Source: Bacillota bacterium
Lineage (GTDB): Bacteria > Bacillota > Clostridia > Peptostreptococcales > Anaerovoracaceae
NCBI GenBank assembly: GCA_022787405.1
Contig: JALFXR010000046.1
Span: 2,365 to 66,364 of the forward strand
Direction of reading: 5' to 3'
Length of the DNA: 64,000 nucleotides
Of the stretch, positions 26,198-34,922 are shown in pieces. Both the position numbers and the translations under genes were made by a program. Within the stretch, counting starts at the first letter, position 1, and each line of letters begins with the position of its first letter. The notes beneath the pieces are model-generated. The model ran no database searches and had not been told where the DNA came from. It worked only from the letters and a program-made list of their open reading frames with translations.

Positions 26198-26569
26198 CTA
26201 TCCTGTAATCATATTCAGGATTTCCTTGGTAAAGGTAATGATCACACCACCGGCAAGGGTCAGAAAACCATTGGCACGCTGCGACGGATCATGGGACTTA
26301 AGAGATAAACCAACCTGCATAACTCCAAGCCCCAGCAATATAATGCCGATGGCTCTGATTAAAGCAAAAATGAAGTCTGATAGGTTATTTACAACTGCTA
26401 ATGGGTCTCCCCCTGCTCCAAATGCCGTCTGGGGGACTGCGGCAGCAATTCCATAGCAGAAATAGAGTACCCATTTAACTTTTTTCAGTGCGATTTTTTC
26501 GCTCATTTTTCCTTTTTTCTCTTTCATTTTCTTAATCCTCCCATTCATTTTTTTCTTCCAGTTCCTCAC
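26198..26569 (-). CDS. Maff2-family (VirB2-like) small membrane protein
   Basis: 123-aa ORF. The hydrophobic hairpin IRAIGIILLGLGVMQVGLSLKSHDPSQRANGFLTLAGGVIITF resembles the Maff2 pattern. It lies immediately downstream of virD4. Confidence 0.6.
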   Translation of the reverse strand: MRNWKKKMNGRIKKMKEKKGKMSEKIALKKVKWVLYFCYGIAAAVPQTAFGAGGDPLAVVNNLSDFIFALIRAIGIILLGLGVMQVGLSLKSHDPSQRANGFLTLAGGVIITFTKEILNMITG

Positions 26570-28334
26570 TTGTCATCATCTCATATTGTTCCGGATGAAC
26601 ATCGTATGTTGCTATTTCCGTATTAAACGGCTCATCCATGCAAAGGCTTATGCTGCCCTTGACTTCTGTAACCTTTCCATGCTCATAAGGCTCACCCTTT
26701 CCATCAGCTGTAGCTTTGATATCAGGGTGTTTCAGAATATCATATTTAAAATCCATTATAGGGCTTTCTCCCCTTATAAATGCCAGTGCATATCTATTGT
26801 CCAGCTTTCGTACCTCATCCGGCGTCATCAATTCCCTTCCGGTAATCTGATAGTTTGTCGAATAGTTTCCTCCCCGTCCGCTGGACTTCCCATAGGTGTT
26901 GGTGTCTATTGTGTCTTTGCCGAGCAGTTCGCTGACATATTTATGTGTGCTCTGCTCATTTCCGCCAAGATATAAAAAACTGTCACAATTTCCCACAATG
27001 CTTTCCCACTGTTTTTCAAACAGTGCCTTCAGCTGCGCCAGATTCTGCAGTATGATGCTTACTGATACGCCACGTGAACGCATAACCGAAAGTATCTTGT
27101 CGAAGTCATCAGGCAAAGAAACATTGGCAAATTCGTCCATCAGGAAATGAACGTGAACAGGAAGTGAGCCTCCGTGAAGATGGTCAGCGGCATAAAAAAG
27201 CTGCTGAAAAAGCTGCGTATAAAGTATTGATACCAGAAAGTTAAAACTGGAGTCATTATCCGGTATCAGTGCAAACAGGGCCATCTTTTTCTCTCCAAGT
27301 AAAGGAATTTCAAGCTCATCAGTTGCCGTTAATGAAGCTATACTTTCAAGGTTGAACTTCTCCAGTCTTGCAGCAAGCGTAATCTGTATGGATTTCAGTG
27401 TCTTGGCGGAACCGCTTCTGTAGTTCTTATAGTATTTGACGGCGATGTGAGCAGGTTCTCGCGTTTCCAAATTAAAAAACAGACTGTCTAGTGGACTGAT
27501 ATAACTGTCATCGTCTTCCCTCACCTCACCATACCTTAGCATTTCCATTACCATGGGGAAGTTCTGTTCTTCCTCCGGGGCTTCATATCGGAGATAAAAA
27601 ATCAGCGCCAGAAGCAGCATTGAAGCCGCTGTATCCCAGAAAGGGTCCTGAGATTGGGCATTTTTAGGCGTCGTGCTCTTAAATAAATTAGTTACAAGCC
27701 GCTGTACATCGTTATCATCCTGAAGATAAACAAACGGGTTGTAACAATGGCTTTTATCCATATTTATTAAATCAAGAACCCTTACCTCATAACCTCTCTC
27801 TTCAAGAAGTCTTCCGGTGTCTCTTAAAATCTCTCCCTTAGGGTCCAGGACCACGAATGAGGTATTGGCCTGCATAATGTTAGGCTTGCAAAAAAAGCGA
27901 GTTTTTCCCGCTCCGCTGCCGCCTATGACAAGTATATTCAGATTACGTCTGTGCTTTCTTCCATCCAGTCCTATCCTGAGGTTCTGAGTCAATATTTTAT
28001 TTGCAGCAGCCGGTGTCTGCTCGTATCGCTTGTTTACAGCCTTCACATCACCCCATTTTGCAGAGCCGTGTTCTTCTCCTTTCCGATAGTTCTTTTTTGT
28101 AGATATGTAGACGGCTATTGCCGCTGCGTAAACTGCTAAAAAAACGAGGACAGTTTTGGGGCTGTCCTCACATATTCTGATGGATTTAGGATTTTCTATT
28201 CCTGCGGTTATGCCTTCAATTATGCCTAAAAGTCCGTTTTCTATATATGGCGCTGCGCAAAGTGCAAGATAGATTACCGGAATGGAAAGGAGAAAAGCCG
28301 CCAGCATTTCAGTTCTTTTTTCTTCCTGCTTCAT
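26532..28334 (-). CDS. virD4: VirD4/TraG-family type IV coupling protein
   Basis: 600-aa ORF with two N-terminal TM helices. Walker A is VIGGSGAGKTRF and Walker B is HFLMDEFAN. TraG/TraD-type C-terminal half. Confidence 0.9.
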   Translation of the reverse strand: MKQEEKRTEMLAAFLLSIPVIYLALCAAPYIENGLLGIIEGITAGIENPKSIRICEDSPKTVLVFLAVYAAAIAVYISTKKNYRKGEEHGSAKWGDVKAVNKRYEQTPAAANKILTQNLRIGLDGRKHRRNLNILVIGGSGAGKTRFFCKPNIMQANTSFVVLDPKGEILRDTGRLLEERGYEVRVLDLINMDKSHCYNPFVYLQDDNDVQRLVTNLFKSTTPKNAQSQDPFWDTAASMLLLALIFYLRYEAPEEEQNFPMVMEMLRYGEVREDDDSYISPLDSLFFNLETREPAHIAVKYYKNYRSGSAKTLKSIQITLAARLEKFNLESIASLTATDELEIPLLGEKKMALFALIPDNDSSFNFLVSILYTQLFQQLFYAADHLHGGSLPVHVHFLMDEFANVSLPDDFDKILSVMRSRGVSVSIILQNLAQLKALFEKQWESIVGNCDSFLYLGGNEQSTHKYVSELLGKDTIDTNTYGKSSGRGGNYSTNYQITGRELMTPDEVRKLDNRYALAFIRGESPIMDFKYDILKHPDIKATADGKGEPYEHGKVTEVKGSISLCMDEPFNTEIATYDVHPEQYEMMTSEELEEKNEWED

Positions 28335-28522
28335 CTTTCCTTTATCCTCTCAACTACCTTGACTCTTTTTTCCGGCGCGTATGCTGTTTTGATAATTAAA
28401 TCATCCACCGCATCGGTAGTACGCTCTTCTTCAATCAAATCGTTGCGAAACTCATTAAGGGCATTGAGCATTATTCCATGCTCGTTATCATCAAGTGCCA
28501 GATGGTATCTCTTCTCTCTCAT
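28331..28522 (-). CDS. Small hypothetical ICE protein
   Basis: 63-aa ORF whose 3' end overlaps the virD4 start by 4 nt (translational coupling). I recognise no motif. Confidence 0.4.
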   Translation of the reverse strand: MREKRYHLALDDNEHGIMLNALNEFRNDLIEEERTTDAVDDLIIKTAYAPEKRVKVVERIKER

Positions 28523-28530
28523 AACCGCAC

Positions 28531-29433
28531 CTACCGTTCTTCTCTGATGGGAGACGGTTTTTCTGCTGCTCTTTGTAAAATCTGGCGTTCCGCTTCCCTG
28601 ATCTGATTTCTCAGTTCCACAGGCTTATTTAATATTTTTCTGATTTCCTTTGGCTTTTTTTTCTTTACTGCATCCGGCACATCTATATGCACATCTTTTT
28701 CTGCCATGCCATGGTCCTTCTCCACAAGATATGCCCCGCACATTGTCTGAAAATCTAAAATATCTTCCTGTATTTCAGGCTGCTCGCATACTATGTTTGC
28801 TCTGATAGCCTCAGTGATTACGCCTTTAACTACTTCCAGATCATTCAGCCCTCTTCTAAGATAAATGGTCCGCTGCTCTCTTCCGTACATAGCATCCCTG
28901 TTATCCGGCAATTGGTCTGTTACACCTAGCTCAACATTCACAATGCTTGAAACAGCATACATAATCGTTCTTTTATCAGGGATTTCCCTCTTTTGATTTA
29001 CAGGCAGGGCGTTAGTCTGCGATATGTCAAGAACCTTCTTCACATTGAATCCAGTAAAGGCTTCTCCTTCTCTGGTTCTTGCGGAAGTAGGCTCAAGAAT
29101 ACGGATTGCTTTGGAGTTCTTTTTAATGCTTACTCCGTCAGCTTTCCAGTCATCGAATTCCTTTAACTGCACGGCATCAGGCTTCTGTTTGAAAACAAGC
29201 AGGGTGTTTGACACAGTATAATTGAGTCTGGCCTGCAGTCTGATATACTGGCTGAAATCTTCATTGCTGGATACTGCCTCCACTGTTGCTGCATCCAGAA
29301 GGTCAAAGGTTTCACGGCGCTCCTGTTCTTTTTTCTGCCTGTATTCATCAGGGTCGAAGGTCTTCATTTCCGGTGTGTTCGTTTCTCCGCTTTTACCGAT
29401 ATTTTCAATAAAACTGTACAAATCATTTGTCAT
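28531..29433 (-). CDS. Conserved ICE protein, possible ArdC-N-like ssDNA-binding N-terminal region
   Basis: 300-aa ORF. NTLLVFKQKPDAVQLKEFDDWKADGVSIKKNSKAIRILEP resembles the DUF1738/ArdC N-terminal pattern. The rest is unassigned. Confidence 0.4.
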   Translation of the reverse strand: MTNDLYSFIENIGKSGETNTPEMKTFDPDEYRQKKEQERRETFDLLDAATVEAVSSNEDFSQYIRLQARLNYTVSNTLLVFKQKPDAVQLKEFDDWKADGVSIKKNSKAIRILEPTSARTREGEAFTGFNVKKVLDISQTNALPVNQKREIPDKRTIMYAVSSIVNVELGVTDQLPDNRDAMYGREQRTIYLRRGLNDLEVVKGVITEAIRANIVCEQPEIQEDILDFQTMCGAYLVEKDHGMAEKDVHIDVPDAVKKKKPKEIRKILNKPVELRNQIREAERQILQRAAEKPSPIREER

Positions 29434-29438
29434 CTTTT

Positions 29439-30119
29439 CTACCTTTCCTTTCCAATTTGTTTTTCAGTCCTTGCTCTCGCAATCGCCGTACTTTTTTCGA
29501 GCTTTTCTTTTATATCTTTAAGCTCGGCTCTGACTGAAGGTTTTTTCACCTTTTTTACATTTGAATCAGTAATATTCTTCGCTTTCTTTTGCCCGTCTGA
29601 GAATAACTCTGACTGATTGCTTACTTCCCTGCGGGCTAAACCGGGGACCGAAGTCACCTCGTCCAGCAGCTTATCAATCTTATCCATATAGTCATTAGTT
29701 TCTCTGCTCTTTTCCGCTGTCCGGACAATCTGTGCCTTGTCTACAGACGCCAGTTTGAAGCGTTCTACAACCCTGTTAATCTTCGGTGCATCCTCCGCCC
29801 TTGTTATGATGTCAACAATTCCGTTTTCATCTTTGCTGTTCTTTTCCTTGATTACGGAATATAGCACGCCATACTTCTTTGCTTCCTTTACAAACTTCTT
29901 TAAATCCTTCTGCGGCAGTGAAAACACCGTCAGTTCCTTGCCGGACTTCAGCATATTTGTAAGTCTGCCCTTTCCGGCAGTCTTCTGTTCAGCTTTAAGT
30001 GCTGCTGCAATGAGTATGGCCAGTTCTCTTGTTCCCTGCCCGGTAATGCGCAGCAGCGCTTCCATACCTTCCAGAGAAAAACGCACAATCTGTTCTGCTG
30101 CGTCTCCGCCATAGTTCAT
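29439..30119 (-). CDS. PcfB-family (DUF3801) relaxosome accessory protein
   Basis: 226-aa ORF. AEQIVRFSLEGMEALLRITGQGTRELA...GKGRLTNMLKSGKELTVFSLPQKDLKKFVKEAKKYGVLYSVI matches the DUF3801 pattern. Overlaps the relaxase stop by 4 nt. Confidence 0.7.
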   Translation of the reverse strand: MNYGGDAAEQIVRFSLEGMEALLRITGQGTRELAILIAAALKAEQKTAGKGRLTNMLKSGKELTVFSLPQKDLKKFVKEAKKYGVLYSVIKEKNSKDENGIVDIITRAEDAPKINRVVERFKLASVDKAQIVRTAEKSRETNDYMDKIDKLLDEVTSVPGLARREVSNQSELFSDGQKKAKNITDSNVKKVKKPSVRAELKDIKEKLEKSTAIARARTEKQIGKER

Positions 30120-31483
30120 CTGTCATCTCTCCTTTCTTTGTTTGCTTGTCTGCAGTTCATCTTTTCGACCTCCTCTTGTTCTGTTTTCATTTTTTGTTTT
30201 ATTACTTCCGAGCGTACTATTATGCCGTCACACAGGTGAATATTTCGGCGAACTCTTCTCAGCTCCGCTGTTATATACTCACGCCGGCTTGCATAATTCT
30301 CCTTTTGCTGTTGTGTCACTCCAAGTCTGCGTCCTGTGTTATATATGTTTTGACGCTGCCTGCACAGTCTTTCCACCTCCTTTTCCAGTTCCTTTCGGTA
30401 CGAAAAAAGCTCCTCTGTGCTTTCGATTTTGTTCATGCAAAGGAGCCTCGTTTCGTCCGTTATATTTTTCAGTTTTAAAAGATCATCACGGTATAGGTAA
30501 TATATTTTCTTTCCGCTCTGTGGTTTCTGAAATGCACCTAGCTTATAGCAGTAGTGCAGATACCGTCCTCTAAGTCCTCCAATTTTTCTGTATGCTTTAC
30601 TATGAGGTGTTTTATGCTTTTTTCGCTTCCCGCCCTTCCTTTTATGAATTGTTTTCATCCCCAGCTTCATATTGTATTGGTTTGCCAAGAGTCGTTCCTT
30701 TATTATATCGTTGGAATATTCCTCGCCCATATGGATAATTCTGATTGATTTCTTCCAGTCTTTCTGTCTGATAGTCCAGTATTTCCTCGCTGGGTCAAAC
30801 CGGCAGTAATAGCCCTCCTCCTTTAACCGCTGCTCCAGTTCTCTCAGGCTGCAGCTTTTTAGAATTGCCTCATCCAAGGCCTCTTTAGCCAGCAGTAGAC
30901 GACTGGGTTTTCCTTCGCTTTCTGCTTTTGCAATCATATACGGAAGTCTTTTTCCCTTCGGTTCAGCTATGGTTGACAGCTTTTGCTCTCTGCATATTTC
31001 ATCGGACACTTGATGAATCTGCCGCCATGTGGTCTTCCTGCACCTTCTTCCATGCTTAAAAGAAACCGAATTAACTATGAAATGATTATGGAGGTTGTCT
31101 GTATTCAGATGCGTGGAAACCACAATTTGATAGTCCTCGCCCCACACTCTTTGGGCAAATTCCATCCCTATAGCGTGTGCCTGCTCCGGAGTAACCTCTC
31201 CTTCTGCAAATGACTGATAGCCATGATAGCATATAATCCCTCCTTCCTTTCCGAACTGCTTCTTGACAAAACCGAATTCCTCCGATGCGCTCTCAGGCTG
31301 ACAGTTTATACCGCTCACATAAAGCTGCTGTTCTGTCTTCTGTGGGTTCGTTGCATATTGCAGTACCTCTCCCATGGCAGTCTCTCCATTCCAAAGGCTC
31401 TTATCTGTCTTTTCCGGATTTTTAATATACTCGATAGGCTGCTCTATCCGGCCACGTACCTCCCATATTCTTGTTACAGCCAT
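30116..31483 (-). CDS. MobA/VirD2-family relaxase
   Basis: 455-aa ORF. N-terminal relaxase domain with histidine triad STHLNTDNLHNHFIVNSV. Confidence 0.85.
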   Translation of the reverse strand: MAVTRIWEVRGRIEQPIEYIKNPEKTDKSLWNGETAMGEVLQYATNPQKTEQQLYVSGINCQPESASEEFGFVKKQFGKEGGIICYHGYQSFAEGEVTPEQAHAIGMEFAQRVWGEDYQIVVSTHLNTDNLHNHFIVNSVSFKHGRRCRKTTWRQIHQVSDEICREQKLSTIAEPKGKRLPYMIAKAESEGKPSRLLLAKEALDEAILKSCSLRELEQRLKEEGYYCRFDPARKYWTIRQKDWKKSIRIIHMGEEYSNDIIKERLLANQYNMKLGMKTIHKRKGGKRKKHKTPHSKAYRKIGGLRGRYLHYCYKLGAFQKPQSGKKIYYLYRDDLLKLKNITDETRLLCMNKIESTEELFSYRKELEKEVERLCRQRQNIYNTGRRLGVTQQQKENYASRREYITAELRRVRRNIHLCDGIIVRSEVIKQKMKTEQEEVEKMNCRQANKERRDDR

Positions 31484-31818
31484 TCCGCTTCATCCGGTTC
31501 CAGATATTTTTTCATAAGTGCAAGCCTGAAAGCTTTTAGTGCTTCCACTTCTGTTTTTAACCGTTCTCCGTCTATTTCTCCGGTAGAATTAACCTTTGCC
31601 GCAATCTGGTTTATATTGTTTCCAATGGCAGCAAGCTGCTTCATTTCCTTATAGAACTGCTCATCGGGCCTTTCCTTAGGCATAAAGCCTTTAATCAGAA
31701 GCCTCACAAATGCCGCTTCTGTAAGGCAGGTGCGTTCTGCGTTTTTCTGCAGTGCTTCTGCTTCCTCTCTGCTTAGCCAGAACTGTTTTTTTACGGTTCT
31801 TTTCATTTCTCTTTTCAC
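31474..31818 (-). CDS. mobC: MobC-family relaxosome protein
   Basis: 114-aa ORF. LAAIGNNINQIAAKVNSTG is the MobC signature. Overlaps the relaxase start. Confidence 0.8.
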   Translation of the reverse strand: MKREMKRTVKKQFWLSREEAEALQKNAERTCLTEAAFVRLLIKGFMPKERPDEQFYKEMKQLAAIGNNINQIAAKVNSTGEIDGERLKTEVEALKAFRLALMKKYLEPDEAEWL

Positions 31819-31831
31819 CTCTTTTCTGCAA

Positions 31832-31860
31832 TAAAAAAGACTGCCGGTTTAGACAGTCTT
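31832..31860 (-). terminator. Intrinsic terminator upstream of mobC
   Basis: Minus strand reads AAGACTGtctaaaccggCAGTCTTTTTT. Confidence 0.55.
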
Positions 31861-32127
31861 CACGTTTGTTTTCATTTTAAGATATCAGAGCATATCTGGT
31901 TCTTCAATTTCTTCGACAAATAGATTCATTAAATCATGGTTTGCACCTACATTGGTAACCTCAAAATGATTTACGCATTTTGATAACCAAGGGAATGACT
32001 TCCCCATCTCATCAATCAAGTCAAAGATTTCAAGGTCTGTAGTCTTGAAATTAGAATGGTATCCGGAATATTGCTCATGTGAAAAGTTTCGCTTAACAAG
32101 GAAATTTTTTATCTTCTTTCCTTGCCA

Positions 32128-32463
32128 TCAAGCCATACTCTCCCTTCGCGTATAATGATACAGTACATCTTCAATGCAAAAGTCGTTTTCACTTTCTCCG
32201 TCATCACTATTATACCATAGCCATTTCGTCAGATATGGTGTAAACCACTCTTTATCCTTTAAGGAGGTGATAATTCTGCCAAAAGTGCCATAATCCCTTG
32301 CATTTCCATTACCATAATAGCAAACGGTTCCATCTGAAAGCTTTTCTTTACGGAAATCATATTTTGCAAATGCCTTGTCTATGGCCTGATAGATACTGCT
32401 TATGCTGTACCTTGCATCATATTCAATCTTTTTTTCATTTAACTTAATTTCAACTTTCAGCAT
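32128..32463 (-). CDS. Hypothetical ICE cargo protein
   Basis: 111-aa ORF. I cannot assign a family. Confidence 0.4.
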   Translation of the reverse strand: MLKVEIKLNEKKIEYDARYSISSIYQAIDKAFAKYDFRKEKLSDGTVCYYGNGNARDYGTFGRIITSLKDKEWFTPYLTKWLWYNSDDGESENDFCIEDVLYHYTRRESMA

Positions 32464-32626
32464 AAAAGCTCCCTCTCTTTCCTTATTCCATTATACCAAA
32501 ACAATATGCAAAGTCAAACATTTCAAAGCATATTTAAGGGGTCTTAGGGGACAGCCCCTAACAAGCGTATTTTTCTCCGTCAGGAGTAAAAATGCACTGC
32601 TTGCTAATTTATAACAACAGCTGTTA

Positions 32627-33034
32627 TCATCTTTCCATGTCTGTTCGTTCCTTAAGCTGGATAACACGAATACCCTTTATTGTCCTTTGAAATCTTTCAG
32701 GATATTTAAACCTTTCGGAATACTTTTTCTTCTGCTCCTCAGTTAAGCTTTCAAATCGGTCGCTGTCTGCCGGCGCTCTGCAAATAAAAAAGTCTCCTGC
32801 TATTATTTCAACAAGAGAACCTGAGCTGTCGTAAATTGCCCTGTTAAGCGGAAGTCCTATGAGTTTTCCCTCCTCATTGCATATAATGGCAGCATCATCA
32901 TCAAAAGGCATATATAGCTCAATCATTCCGCCAACTAGCTTTTGCTCACTTTCCAAAGAGTCCGTAATAGTCACTTCCTGCGGCCTCTGATTAGCTTTTA
33001 CAAGCAGAACATCCAGTTTTCTTTCTTCATTCAT
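32627..33034 (-). CDS. DUF3846 domain protein
   Basis: 135-aa ORF. VGGMIELYMPFDDDAAIICNEEGKLIGLPLNRAI...IIAGDFFIC matches the DUF3846 pattern. Overlaps the upstream gene by 4 nt. Confidence 0.6.
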   Translation of the reverse strand: MNEERKLDVLLVKANQRPQEVTITDSLESEQKLVGGMIELYMPFDDDAAIICNEEGKLIGLPLNRAIYDSSGSLVEIIAGDFFICRAPADSDRFESLTEEQKKKYSERFKYPERFQRTIKGIRVIQLKERTDMER

Positions 33035-33978
33035 TTTATCTTATCCCCCTTATCTATAGATTTATTGCATGAATGCAGTAATAAGTAATCGTTTACATCC
33101 TTTCCCTGCGGTGGCGGGCAGTCAACAACATCATATTTTTTATCCAGTTTTTCAATAATTTTAATGCTGTATTTTCTGCCTGCTGCATCGTTATCAAGGT
33201 GCAGTGCAATGGTTCGTGGCCTCTCATGTGAATTGAGGAAGTGCGAAAGGGCAGGTGGAAGACCGGTCTGCGGTGAAATCGCTGTTCCTCCAAGGGAAAT
33301 ATAGCAATGCTTTTTCCAGTCCTCACCCCTCATCTTGAGTATGGTCGCATATGAAAGCAAATCAATAGCACTTTCAAACACATGCAGGGTTTCAGAATTG
33401 CCTTCCGAAAAAGAGAAGGCATATTCCTTTATGCTTCCCTCAGCCTCCCCCACAAACCTTTTTTCTCCTGTGCCTCTTATTGCAGCATAGGCTGGCTTTC
33501 CGCTTTCATCTTTTCCTACAAATACCGCATTGTGATACGGCAGTGATTCATATATAAGACCTCTGTCAATGAAGAAGTCAATAATACTTCCGTCTATTCC
33601 CCTTGCCTTAAGATATTTTATTACCCGTCCATTGCTCCCTGCCTTTTCCGGCATACTGAGTATCGGGTGCTCGTCTCTGCTGCTTTGAATAACTGCCTGC
33701 TTCTTTTTATTTTGGCAATTCTCTGAGCCGGAAAGAAAAAGCACAGCTTTCCTGAAATTCCATCCCTCCACCCTTACAAGATAGTCAAGAGCGCTGGTTC
33801 CTCCAAAACCGCGGGACCACCAGAACCATTTTCCTTTGTCTATTTTCAGGCTGTCATGAGTCCTGGTACAATACCTTCCAGAACTGATTTTTACCAGTTC
33901 AAATGGTTCATAGATCCTCAGGTAAGTAAGCAGATCCATCTCCCGTGCTTTTTCTATAGCCTCGTTTGACAAAAGCAT
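33031..33978 (-). CDS. DUF3991 + Toprim domain protein (primase-like)
   Basis: 315-aa ORF. VFVGKDESGKPAYAAIRGTG ... HVFESAIDLLSY ... ALHLDNDAAGR (Toprim acidic motifs). Confidence 0.7.
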   Translation of the reverse strand: MLLSNEAIEKAREMDLLTYLRIYEPFELVKISSGRYCTRTHDSLKIDKGKWFWWSRGFGGTSALDYLVRVEGWNFRKAVLFLSGSENCQNKKKQAVIQSSRDEHPILSMPEKAGSNGRVIKYLKARGIDGSIIDFFIDRGLIYESLPYHNAVFVGKDESGKPAYAAIRGTGEKRFVGEAEGSIKEYAFSFSEGNSETLHVFESAIDLLSYATILKMRGEDWKKHCYISLGGTAISPQTGLPPALSHFLNSHERPRTIALHLDNDAAGRKYSIKIIEKLDKKYDVVDCPPPQGKDVNDYLLLHSCNKSIDKGDKIK

Positions 33979-33983
33979 TTTTT

Positions 33984-34922
33984 CTACCTCTCCTTATCTT
34001 CTTTTCCCCTGTTTATATCTGCAGACAGCTGTTTAATCTCCTTTGAAGTCTTATCATATGCATAAACGCTGTCAGACAGATAATCCTCCGGTTGAACTAC
34101 TTCTTTGTTTGCCATCCTTAGCATTTCTTCTGCTCTCTGCAGAGCAAAAGCGTCTCCGCCTGCAAGCAGTATGGTCTCATGGACAGAGGATGGCAGAATA
34201 AAGAAAGGTCCTCCTATCCTTTCGGAGATTTTCTCCATTACACCGGGATAAAGCATTGCTGCCGCTCCGTAATCGTAGCTTTCGTTGGTCAATACATAGG
34301 CGACTTCATTCAGCATACTGTTATCATTTAGCAGGTTCAAGTAAGGTTTCCCATAAGCAGTAATATCTAACGCCTGAAGCAACGGCGGCTGTTTCACAGG
34401 CATATTATTTAATGCCGTATCCTGAAGCTTTTTCGTGTCAACTTCCCAGGCCTTCAACATTTCGCATGTAATCTTTATTCTATGCATGTCATCGACCACT
34501 ACATAAAACACCTTGGCAATATCTCCAAATGAACGGTAGGCTGCATTACGAAGATAATGTGAATTACTTCTTTTGTTTACAAGAAGCATCTGTATCTTGT
34601 CTGAAACCTGAGTAAAGTCAGATATGTCAAAATCCATTTTGTTTCTGATAGTCTCTTTACCATCGGCGAGTGCCTTATCGTAGAGTTCTGCCATTTCTTT
34701 CAGCACATTTCCTACAAATTCTCCCTTCTGAACCTTTTCATAATAAGGTTCAATATATATCAGCGGTGATACATCACAGATGCCCTCAACTGCTATCCCT
34801 TCTGCAACAGGTCCATTTCTCAGCTGCTTCGGGATAAATCTGATTTTCGCCTTGGAAGTATCTGCTCCAAGATAATTCAGCCATTCTTTTTCAATGTAAT
34901 TTTTAAATTCAAGGTATGTCAT
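33984..34922 (-). CDS. DUF5688-like conserved ICE protein
   Basis: 312-aa ORF in the conserved position between the polyvalent protein and the DUF3991 gene. Assignment is from remembered family pattern only. Confidence 0.4.
   Translation of the reverse strand: MTYLEFKNYIEKEWLNYLGADTSKAKIRFIPKQLRNGPVAEGIAVEGICDVSPLIYIEPYYEKVQKGEFVGNVLKEMAELYDKALADGKETIRNKMDFDISDFTQVSDKIQMLLVNKRSNSHYLRNAAYRSFGDIAKVFYVVVDDMHRIKITCEMLKAWEVDTKKLQDTALNNMPVKQPPLLQALDITAYGKPYLNLLNDNSMLNEVAYVLTNESYDYGAAAMLYPGVMEKISERIGGPFFILPSSVHETILLAGGDAFALQRAEEMLRMANKEVVQPEDYLSDSVYAYDKTSKEIKQLSADINRGKEDKER

Noticed and set aside
31819-31870. oriT upstream of mobC
   Set aside because: This is the expected location, but the only obvious structure there is a terminator-like hairpin. 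I cannot identify a nick site from sequence alone.
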